NCBI GenBank assembly: GCA_051362555.1
Contig: CM120641.1
Coordinates: forward strand, 40,554,401 to 40,618,400
Direction: 5' to 3'
Origin: Lingula anatina
Taxonomy: Eukaryota; Animalia; Brachiopoda
Length of the DNA stretch: 64,000 bases
The position numbers and the translations under genes were made by a program. The notes beneath the pieces are model-generated. The model did not search any database and was not told where the DNA came from. It saw nothing but the letters and a program-made list of their open reading frames with translations. Shown here one piece after another: positions 1 through 12,100 of this stretch (its first letter is position 1; every line of letters begins with the position of its first letter).

Positions 1-113
1 TCAAATGATGAATTGAAGATATACATATAGGTGTTAACTTCTAATATCAAGTCAAAACAAATTTAGTGACCATGAAATGATTTGAAATTTACACTTGTAA
101 TTCATACTTTCAG

Positions 114-3100
114 TAGGGATGGGGCAGCAACAGCTTATGTATGCTATGGATGCAAGTGCTAACAGTCCCCGCTCACAGCAAGGACAGGACAGACAAGGCA
201 ACCCTTGGCAGCAGGTGGTCCCACAATCCCCACGTAGGTCCCAACAGTACCAGCAGCCCAGTTATAATACAAATAATGTACAGTCCCAAGAAGCTGGTGT
301 GGTGCCCTCTAGAGGCCTGTTACCTACTCCTCTTCCGCCTTTCCCACCACCATATGACTCATGGTATGACTACAGATTTGCTTGCCGAAACTGCTTCCAG
401 CAGATAGGGGAGGGGGTTAATGGCTACAGATTGTCCACAGTACAGAATCACCTGTGTGAGGAGAACTTTCTGTTGATGAAGCTGAAACAAGGCAATGGAC
501 CTTGGTTGAAGATACGTCCAAGGCCAGTTAATGTCCATTTTGTTGGCACTTACAAGCTTTGTAGGCACTTCTTGCAACAGAAGCCGTGTAATGTGGGTAC
601 GTATTGGCTAGTATTTCTGCACTGTATGTTTCATTTGTAGTTTTATTGGTTATGTTCAATTAGACTCTTCCTGTGATTGATTTATTTACTGGTTATAAAG
701 AGTTGCGTTAACTGTTATGGTACATTATATATGTACGTAGAAGGGTTGATCCTATTTTTAAATACATAAACTGTAAACCGTGTTTTGATTTTACTCTAAA
801 TTTACTGAGTGGCTTTGTTTGCTAAAGAAGCAGGTTGCTTTCAAAAAACGGCATTTACATTTTACATCATGGTTAACATTTACAGTAATTATTCTGGTTT
901 TTTTGCACAATTTTGGTGATGTTGGCCCCATAACTTCCAAATCATTTTATTTTCAACTTAAAATTTACTGAGTGGCTTTGTTTAGTAAAGCAGCAGGTTG
1001 CTTTCAAAAATCAGCATTATCAGTTAACATTTATGGTAATAATTCTGTTTTTTTATGTGTGAAATCTTGATTTTTCACTCATTAGCATTTTCAGTGGCTT
1101 TTATATCACATGGAATTGAATCACTTCCTAGTTTTTCAATGTCCATGTCACCTGTAGTACATAATGTAAGAGGGTAAGAGTGATTATGTTATTTTAAAGC
1201 ATTATGTTACAGTGCATCAAAAATGGCCAAAACATTATTTTGTGCACTTTTTTCTGTATAACGTCTGAACATTTGACAGCTTTGCTGCCTTGTTTCCTGT
1301 ATGGTGTCTGTATATTTATTAGCTTTGCTGTCTCGTTATAGGATGTTCGTTTTAAGATCTGAAGTTTGAAAGCTGAATAATGTTACTTATTTCAAATCTA
1401 GGGGAAGCACGTTGCACATTTGCACATAATGATGAAGAAATGGAATTATGGGCTATTGACAGAGAAGGAGGATTCAGTATAGCAGACTTTATCAGCAAAC
1501 ACACAACCAATATTTGTGAGTACTGAGATAATTATCTTTTTAAATTTTACAGCTCTGTTCTCAGTTTACACATCAGTATGCTTTTAAATCCCATCTTTTG
1601 TTTTTCATTTTTACCAGGATTTCCTTTTAATTTCTAGGTTGTTAAATAATCCTTAAATTTCCCATGGTTAGCACCTACATATTGTAATGCTTCTGTCTCA
1701 AAGTTTCTTTTGTGTTTCATTTTTATATTCAGTGAGGGAAAGGTCCTTACAAGCTGCCATGGAAGCCAAGAGACAACAACAGGTGTACCCGTCATCACAC
1801 CAACAGGGGTATTCCTCATCACACCAACAGGGGTACCCAGCATTACACCAACAGGGGTACCCAGCATCACACCAACAGAGGTACCCAGCATCACACCAGC
1901 AGGGGTACCAGGCATCATATGTGCATGGTGGCACGAGGCAAAGCATGGGCAGAGGTCGCGTGATGCTGACCCCTGGTGGACAATATCCTGGTCATGGCAT
2001 GATGAATAACCCCAACCAAGGTGTGAGGATTTTCAGGAGCTCTCCATCACAGGGATATGGCAGAGGGGAGCAAGATTTCTCCTATTTGCAAAACATGCAG
2101 AACAGGATTGCCCAAATGCCTGTGAGTGGCGGTGAAAAGGGACAAAGAATTGAATTTCCATTGCAGCAAACCCATACTTTCAAATTAGTTTGTAGCGAGT
2201 GTCTTAAACCTGCTGGTGTGTTGGGTACATTTGTGCATGCGCCGCCACCGCAGCATAACTGTGAAGAAAATATGCTGGCTGTGATGGCTAAAGGAGGCAA
2301 TACTTATGTGAGAGTGCGAGACAGGAGAAACCATCGTCCATTTTATGGCAGTTATGTCCTTTGCACACACTACACTGGGCTTAACCCTAGAGTATGTAAA
2401 GTAGGGGAGGACCTGTGCAGCTTTGCTCACAACCATGAAGAACAGAAGTTGTGGAATCTAGAAAAAGATGGACGCTTCAATATAATGGAATTTACTCTAC
2501 AGCACAAGTCCCATGAAAACCTGCTGTCCGTGGAGAAGCTTCTCACTAGTTATGGAGGAGAGTTCCGGTACCTTTGCCATTCTTGTTTTTATGGTCAGCC
2601 TCCCAGGATAAGCTATAGGTCACCACTGGTGAATCACTGCACGTCGCCAGCCAAGCATGACTGGGAGGAGAACAAGCTGTTGGTCCACATGTCGCCATCA
2701 GGGATCACCACCATAGGGAAGAAGAAGTTCACAGGGAAGCAGGCATACTTCAAGTTTTGTTACATGAAACAGTTCTGTCAGCTGAAAAGCAGCGAGCAGT
2801 GCTATTTTGCCCACAGCTTAGTCGAGAGGGATGTGTGGTTGTTAGAGAGGGACAGCTCCCTAACCCAGGATGATATTGTCAAACAAAGTGCCCAAATTGT
2901 CAACAAGAGGAACCCAGTGGGTAACAAAGCCCAGAGTATACCTTTAGCTGCAGATACACCAGGGCAAGCAGGTGCCCCTTTCCCTGAGGTCAAGCCTCCT
3001 GTGGTCTGCAATTATAAAGTGCTGTATGTGTGCGGGCCGTGCTTCAGGCAGGGGAACATTAAGACAAAGAACAAAGACCAGGATCGTTGTGCTGCAGGAC

Positions 3101-6100
3101 TGGGACACCAGTGGGAGGCCAACAAGGTTTGTCTTCTCCAGGGTCCCAATAAAATAATCAGAGCTTTGCCAAAGAGGATCCCAACAGGCCTGAAATTTGT
3201 GATTTGCAAGAATTTGAGCACCCGCAAGAGCTGTGATTTTGCCAGAGGAGGCCTTTGTCAGTTTGCCCACAGTAATGAAGAAATAGAAGTATGGAAATGG
3301 CAAGTTCAAAATAATGGTAGGTTGGAATGGCTTTTGTATAAAAAGTGATTTAAACCTTGAAAGTCTGCTTCTGTTAGCATAGAAAATGTATCATATCTAA
3401 TCCAAATAGAGATTGTTTATTTTTCTTCACCTGGTCCTCCTTTGTTAAAGATTGAAACATTACAAGATAAATGGGGAGTGGTTGTATGAAATTTTCAGTA
3501 TTGACTCTGGATGAACTGGTAGCAGCCAGCACTAGAACACAGGAAGAAAACGCAGCCAAGTCGAAAATCGTCAAGGGACATACATCAGTCACTGTCCAAA
3601 AAGCTGGCCCAAGCAGACCGGCCATTGTCCCTTCTGACATGGTCCAGAGTGTGAACTACTGCAGCTACTGTGGCGTACAGTGTAATAGTAAGAAGCAGTG
3701 GGATGACCACACCACTTCAGACAGACATGTGTTCAATGTGAACTCTGACAAGGAACATCAGTGGAACTACAGGCAGCCACCTTGGGGGATTTCAACTGGA
3801 GGATATGAGCTGTGTCACAGGTTAGTGGTGGGGCATTGTCATATCAGTGGTGGGCCATTGTCATTGGTAGAGCATTGTCAGTAATGGGCCATTGTCAGTG
3901 GCAGGGCATTGTCACTGATTCCACATCTTACAACAAAATATAAAATGTGTAGTGTGTTCATTTTTTAAAACTGGTTAACTACTATTTATTATTTTTGCAT
4001 GTTAATGTTTTGGTCTTGGATTCAGGGAGAAAGAAATATTTAAAATTCTATTTAAAAAGTTGAAAAAGAATTGCACATTTGAGAACACACTCCTAATATA
4101 TGCATGTATGGAGTTTGAGTAATTATTTTCTATTTCAAAGGCATTTGAATGGAGGCACCTGTAAGTACTCCAACATGCCAGACATGTACAACAGCTGCAG
4201 GTATGCCCACAGTCAGGAGGAGCTGGACGAGTGGAAGGAGAGGTATCAGTGGCGCCAGATGAAGAAGCAAATGGCAAAACAACAGAAAGTCTACTCTTAC
4301 ATGGATGAGCTGCTGGAGAATTATGAAAATTCTGATTCTCCCATAAGTGTGGTGCGTACTGATCTTATGTACAAAACATAAGTAGTCACTACAAAGGCAA
4401 TGTTCTCATTTCAATGGGCAGTTTATAATGATGCAATTTATTTTCAAAGAATTATAGATTTTTTATCATCTTTCACTTCAGCTTGCAGACCAGTTGCCAT
4501 ATGTGAACATGGAAGTATCAGATGAACTTATCCAGTACAAACAGCAGAAGAAGAGTGAACATCTTTGGAGCTTCACCCTGGAACCAGATGTAAGACCTTC
4601 AGCATGAAAATACACTGAGCAAAAAAATTAATGCCCCACGCAATATTTCAAAGTTTTTATGAGAATTAAATATTAAATCAAACAAAGTGAATTTTGTTGT
4701 GCAGTGTACTACAGATTACTGTATATGGCAACAGAGTACTGTCCGTGGCCCATTACATGTTACATGAATAATTCACATGGAACATTTATATTTTTGCTCA
4801 GTACATATGCATGCAGCATAGTCAGGTGTTGGCTTGTAGTGTTTATTTGAAGCTAAAAAATATTGTCAAGATGAAACAAAAGTGATTTTTACTTTGAAAA
4901 GTGATTACTTCATATTGAATTTAACTCCATATTTTTTTTTTATTGATATTGATGTTTTTCTTTCACAGATTGATAGAAAACTGGTAAAAGTGGCATTGCT
5001 GTACAACAAAGATCGTCTTCACTTTGCCCTTCACAGCGATGACCTGTCAAAGAATTGCCAGGTAGCGGATGGCGAGTTCTTTGAAGAGGAAGATGAAAAA
5101 GGGCTGCTGAGTTATAGAGTAGAGATCCTTTTTACTGGGGGCATGTTTGGTTCCTTCAGCCAGTGGGTGGTATTTGACTTTGGAGTCAAACCAGCGTTGT
5201 ACAGGAAGCTGCAGGTGGAGGTGGGCACAGAAGAGGCTCATGAGAAAGTCAAGGAACTGAGAGAGAAATTGACTTTTGACAGGTGAAGTGTTTTTTTTTT
5301 TTTTTCATTGTTTCGAATTGGATTGTCTCTATAGATATGTGTTTTGAAAAATAATGTTTACTCAGTTCAAATTTTTGTCTTGAGCTCCAGAGGTCTGAGG
5401 CTATTATGGTGAAGACATTGGGCACTTTATGCTGTTAATTCAGTTAAATATTATATAGTAGCTATTTTCTTTCAGATGGACTCTTACAAATAGAGAAATT
5501 GTCAAAATAGATTACAACTTGACAGACGAACTCACTGCTACAGCTATGCGCCAGTATAAAGAGCCATCGTCTGCCGATGCTGTGATCACACAGGACAGTG
5601 TGATAGTGGAGCTGAATAGACACAACTACGAGCACAAGATGCATAAACTTCTGGAAGTAGAGGAGCTTACTCGGAGTAATATGATATCAGAGTATGAGAC
5701 ATTGGTTTTCTTTTCATCTTTATGGGCAGCTTTATCAGTACTATATGTCACTAATTTTTAGAAAATTCTCAAACAGAAGACAGGCAAGAAGATAATTGGT
5801 AGAAAAAAGTCCTTCTATGATTTGCGCCATTTGTGGTGATGAATATATTTTGAAATCAACAGTGATCTCCTTGAATAAGATGCAAATAATTTTAAAACTG
5901 AGAACCTGATAATGATCAATTTGGTCAAAGCATTGACATTGAGATTTCACTGGTCATTGTAATTTAATCTCTTTGTCTGTAGGTTCAACCTCCTGACCAC
6001 CCTGGAGTTAACAGACAGCATCAAGGAGGACACCTTCATCTTTGCCTGTCCAGGTGAACTGTTTGCCCGAGTCCCTCTCAATGACCAGCTGAGCGAGGAC

Positions 6101-9100
6101 ACCAATGCTGGGAAACTGGTCCTGAGCAGTGTGACCACAGTCCTGCTGGCACCCAAAGACAGCTCCAGTCACAAAGTCTACGAGGCAATCATTGTGCAGA
6201 AAGAAAACTTTGACTACGATGGCCGAGGCAAAGATTACATCTACATGTGCCTGTCTGCCAAGTGCTGCCAGCAGCTGGGTTTGAAAGCTGGGAAGAAGAT
6301 TGAAGTCCAGATTCAGTTCCAGATGAACCGAGCGCTGTTCTCCTTGATGCATTTTGCTCTGGATCATCTGAAGAATGTGGACTTGGTCTTCCCTGATGTC
6401 ACCAAGGTTAACCCTGTGTGGAATGTGGTGCACAATCTTAAACTCAGGTACAGTATAATATATTAACTTTAGTCTGTAGAAATAAAATGTATCACTTGAG
6501 ATACCTCTTAATGTCTAAACTTAAGTTTGTAAGTCCTGCAACCTAGTGCAACATTTAGAAGAATTGAAGGTAAAACTTTTCTGAAAAAGCTTGACAGTAG
6601 TGAACATTTTGCAGTGAAGTAAAAAAAAACATGATTGCCTGCTTCAAATATCCCAAACCCATAGATAAAGAGGAAAATATCCTTCATGATTACGAAATTT
6701 TTAATTGGTTTTACTTCTGAAATGTCAATTTCCATTTTTGTCAACCGTATTTTTATATACTGTATAAAGATGAAAGTCTACTAGATATATCCAGATGTTT
6801 GGGTGTTGTATTTATGCCCTGCAGACACCCCATATAGAGCTGCTTTGCACTTGCATTTAAGGATTTATTTTAATTGAAAGGTTTACTTTAATTTCTGATT
6901 GTAGCTCTAGTGTGCTCAATGATGACCAGATGAAGGTGGTGCAGCACATTGTGGCTGAGAGGACAGGATACACGCCACCACTTATCGTCTATGGACCATT
7001 TGGGACAGGAAAGACGGAAACATTGGCACAGTCTGTGATGATATTGCTGAATGAAAGACCAGATGCCAGGGTCTTGATATGCACTCACTCCAACAGGTAA
7101 TGGCTGAATTATGTTGCTAGGTAGTTTCTTTTAGGGAAGTAAAGAAGATAAGAAAAACGTATTTTGAGGATAATGCAGATTTGTTCTGAATATGATGGGT
7201 TAGCTGTACAGAAATGTTTGATTTGGTGATTGAAACCTCTTTAAATTTGATGCCTATTTAAAATTCTGTTTAGATGTCAATTTTATTTCAATTCAGTGCT
7301 GCAGATTTGTACCTGTTGCGCCATTTAGATCCATATGTGAAGAAAAATTCACCTAATATGAAGATCCGAAGGGTGTACTTCAGAAACAGGCGTGTTAACA
7401 CGGTCAACCCAGCGGTCAAAAAGTACTGTTTGTTGTCAGATGACAAGCAGAGTTTTTTGGACCCCACAGCAGAAGACATCAGAGAGCAAAGAGTAGTCAT
7501 TGTCACCCTGTCGACCTCTCTGTTACTGACAGTCCTCAACTTAAAGGGTCACTTCACTCATATCCTGGTGGACGAGGGTGCCCAAGCTCTGGAGTGTGAA
7601 ACCATCATGCCCTTCACTCTAGCTGACGAGAACACCTGTATGGTGATAGCAGGGGACCACATGCAGATGAGTCCCAAGGTTTACAGTCCAGAGGCGAGGA
7701 GACAGGGCTTCCACAAGTCCTTCCTGGAAAGACTGTACACACACTATGATAAGTTCTCCCACCAGAGCGACTGTGGCCACCTGAAGGTTCTACTGAAAAA
7801 GAACTACAGGTCCAAGATGGAGATCCTCAGGTTTATATCAGCTGTATTTTATGGTGGCCCTGATAAACTGGAGTCCATGGCTGACTTGCCTGATGTGCCG
7901 AACTTATCACCTCTCAATTTTTATGCAGGTATTATTATGTTATCAAATAGCATTGTTGTTGCGTTATTTTGTGTTTTGAGAGAAAATTGCATTTTGCATG
8001 GTAAGTAATGGAATTAAAGTGCAGTTTCTACTTAATTGCATGTCAGCGTCCTTTCCATACTGAATTAAATTTTGAATTATTTTGTTATGTTACAATATGA
8101 GGTTTTATTAATTAAGTTATTGAGTTTTTATTTCTTTGCTAGCCCAAGGCAGTGAGATTCAGGATGATGACAGCACTTCCTTCTATAATCTGGCTGAGGT
8201 GGAAGAGGTAGCAGACAGGGTGGAAGAGCTGTGGAATACCTGGCCACAGGAATGGGGAGACAGGAGACCTGATACCATAGGGGTGGTGGCACCATACACT
8301 GATCAGGTAAGATAGACTGCATTCCCAGAGATTTAGATCGATCCATCCGGATCGACCTAACTCCCTGGGGGTTCACGCTAAATTGCTGTCAGCCGAGGGC
8401 GCACAGCAGTCAATTACCCCCTTTAAGCCAGTTAAGCTGACGCCAATCTAGTGAGACTCCCAAGGGTTATAGATAGATCTAAATAGCTGTGGGAATGGGG
8501 TCATAGAATAGACATATGGTAGTATAGAGGGAAGGTGGGAGGTGCTAAGGCAAGACATAGAAGGCATATAGTAGTATAAAAGAAGATAAAACGATGGTAA
8601 TCTTGTTAAGTTCAACGGTAGATGAAATTTTGAGTGGCCTTTATTTTCATCAAAATGGTTCTGTCTCCTACTTTTACTCAATTATTGAAAGGCCTTTCAA
8701 AACATTTTTATGGTATATATTTAATGTTGGATAACCTTTTATTTTAGCATGTAAGTGGGGGTTTTCATTTTAGAACCATAATAGTAAAACATTTGTTTTA
8801 GGTTACAAGAATAAGGCGATCACTTAGGCGAAAGAACCCCCAACTTGGACAGGTGATTGTGGAAAGGGTCATGAATGTACAAGGTATTTATGCTCCAAAT
8901 TTCACATTTTGAAACATTGAAATAAATAATCAGTTTTAATTATCCTATAACTTGTGGTTGATTTTATACCAAGGATGTATTCTGTTGATGCAGTTTTAGT
9001 GTTATTTTTGGAGAAATGACCAACTTGATATTTCTGTTCCAGGAAAAGAGTTCCGAGCTCTGTTCATCAGCACAGTTAGAAGCAGGCACCTGTTACAATC

Positions 9101-12100
9101 TAGCCCAGCAATCAGTGCTGCAGCAGAATGTGACGGTGAAGGTGGAGACTATGGGTTCCTGTCAGACCAGAAGCTTCTGAACACAGCATTTACTAGGGCT
9201 CAGTCATTTGTAGGCATAGTAGGAGACCATGTGGCTCTGTGTGCCTTAGGAGACTGTATGACAGTATGGAGGACATATCTGAAGCACTGTCAGAATATGA
9301 AGAGTATCTACCCCCAGAATCTGACCCTTGACGCTGTCAAAACTGCTGTGATCAGCATGATGAACTCAGATGAAGGAAGAATGTACCAGGAAGCCCAGAT
9401 GCAGCTAACTTATGAAGAAGAAGAAGAGAATGCAGAGCCAGGTAGTGCAGCCAGAGAAGCAATCCTTACAGAAAATGTTGCATTTAATGGCACAAGTGCA
9501 GTGGAAGGTGGTGACGTAATGGTGAATGGTAACAGTGAAGGGCAGGCACTGGTTAATGGCATGACCTTGATGGCAATTGGTGATGATGTCCCCTTATCTG
9601 CTACAACAGCTTCTGGACCATTGGTACTCAAGCAGGCTAATGGGGGTAGAGAAGGTGTAGGATCTGCTGAAAATGATTGGGAGATGTACTTGGAGTTTCC
9701 ACCCAGTGAAGTTCTAGGCCAGCTAGCCAAAGAGTCGAACAGACACATGCTACAGTCCCTCAGAGAGAAGGGAATGGTCTTCGATTCTGAAGAGGACCAG
9801 CTTATCCATCATCGGTCTCTCAAGTATCTTGGCTGTAAAGGGCATATTAGTATATATCAAGCAACCAGTTGGCTTACTCCCCAGATCTTAAATGAGTATA
9901 AGGATGTTTACCTCATGGATGAAATAAGAGATAATGAAGTAAGCAGTTTACCTGATTTCACAACCAAGCAACTAAAAGGTCTAGTGGACAAAATGCCTTC
10001 CCAATTCAAACAGTGTATTATCCACAGGGATTCCAGTGAGATATATGGTGAAGTCTTGGGTAAAGAGTCTGACATTCTCAAAGTGGTGATTGGCAGCAGT
10101 ACAGATTGCAAGTCTGCCTGTAACCTGGATGATGTGGTGGTAGAAGTCAAAGCTCATGTAGGCTCTGAAATAGTTGGTAGAGTTGCAGGAATATTGAAGA
10201 GAGCCAGAGATCCTCTTATCCAGTTGTTTGTTTGCCAGGTAAATGAGGAAAGCACTGGCGTTCTAACACCCATCAATTCTAATTTTCCAATCATCTATAA
10301 TCTAGAGAGTTTGAGTAGAGCCTCTCCACAGCCCAAGGGAGATGAAGTATGTGTTTATGCCATCCAAAATTCAGAGCATCAGAAAGTGGTATTTGATCAC
10401 CATGAAAGCATCAACCTTTGTGACATCAGTAGCAAATTGTTTGTGGTGAAGTTTGCCAAGTGGGAACCAAGCCTAGATGCCCCAGTTGGTATTGTTATAG
10501 GAGTACTCCCCAGGGGGGACACTGTCCCCAGTGGATTACGCATCCTTTCCATAGAATATAGCATTGCAAGAAAGTTCTCTGTGGAGGCTATGATCGAGTT
10601 GCAGCACTTATACCCACCTTCCTACAGCCCCCCTCAACCAGTGATTTCAGATAGATTGGACTTCAGAGAGAAGATGACATTTGCCTTCAAGTCCCCAGGC
10701 TCTTTGTACATCGACAACTGTTATAGCATAGAGCAGCAGCCTGATGGGACCTACCTTCTAGGTGTACATGTTACTGATGTGGCCTTCTTTGTGAAGAAGG
10801 GGAGCTACTTGGATGAAGAAGCAAGGAAGAAAATGAACACCTTCCACTGTATAGGACAAGAAGCGGCTGGCATTATACCAGAGCAGTTGCAGGCCAACCA
10901 CTGTTCTATTCAAGAAGGCCAGGATAGATTAGTGATGTCCGTTCTTCTCACTGTCCAGTTAACTGGACAGATAATTCAGGCCCAGATACGCAAGTCTGTG
11001 GTCAACACAAAATATGTTGTTGAGAACAGCGAGGCAGAAAAAGTGTTAAAGGGGGTCAGTGATGTCTTGCCCAACAATATAGCCACCACTCTAAAGTTTG
11101 TCCACCACTTGGCCAAGATGTTTGCAAAGATTAGAAACGGTAATTCATCTTTGTTTAACCCGGCTGTCGTCTCCAGTCCAGATGCACCAGAAGTTCAGTT
11201 CATAACTAAAGAGCTGATGATTATGGCCAATTACCAGCTGAGCAGGATTTTAGTGGAGATTTTCCCACGCTGCACCCCACTGTTATGCCAGGATTCCCCT
11301 AGAAATGGGATCTTTGACAACTGGAAACTAGCTGCTGCACCATTGACTAAGAACTCGGTGGCCTTTGCCCAGTATTACCACCCTGTAGGCGGCATGTGTG
11401 CCTGTGTTGGACACCCCTGTGGCTGTGCAGAGGAGGCATGTGGGCCAGTAGAAGACCTGGAGTATTTAGATGTACAGACATCAGTCTGGGGAGGGATCCT
11501 CCAGGCCACACAACTTAATGATGTGGTGGAGCTTTGTAGGCTAATTACCACCCCACATCATCACCCACAGTTGGCGGTGGCTGCTGTCCAGATGCAGAAG
11601 ATGCAAAGTAAGCCTAAATATGCCTGTGCAGATGTCAAGTATGTACAGCAACATAACTTTGGACTCAACCTCCCCTACTATATGAGTTTCACAGCACCAA
11701 CCCAGACCTACATGGATATTGTAACACAGCATTTGATTGGTGCTCTCTTGGAGTCCAAGCCTAACCCATACACAGAGGAGGAGATGGGGGAGTTATGTGA
11801 GGCTGCCACTAATTCCCTTGTGAGAGTGGCTAACTTCAAAGAAGATGCCCAAACTTTGTGTATTGCACAAGCATTCAAGGAGAAACCACTTATGACTGCT
11901 GGGATTATAAGCAGTTTAAATCAAGACAATGTCAAGATAATCCTCCCCTTCTTGGCTGAGGTAAAAGATCCAGAATTTAACATCCCCCTTCAGCAAGTTG
12001 GTAATGCCCAGTGGATGACGACTCAGGAAGGGAAGGAGAAGACATTGGTAGTACAATGGATGGAGAGGATATATGATATGCAGCTTGACCCATTGTCAGG

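Noticed and set aside
111-116. CAGTAG tandem (NAGNAG) acceptor
   Set aside because: A common feature; it changes at most one residue in a disordered region.
1634-2009. Repetitive antisense/alternative-frame ORFs (GTPVGVML, YPCWCDAG, ITPTGVPS)
   Set aside because: Shadow frames of the 24-bp coding repeat of the HELZ2-like exon.
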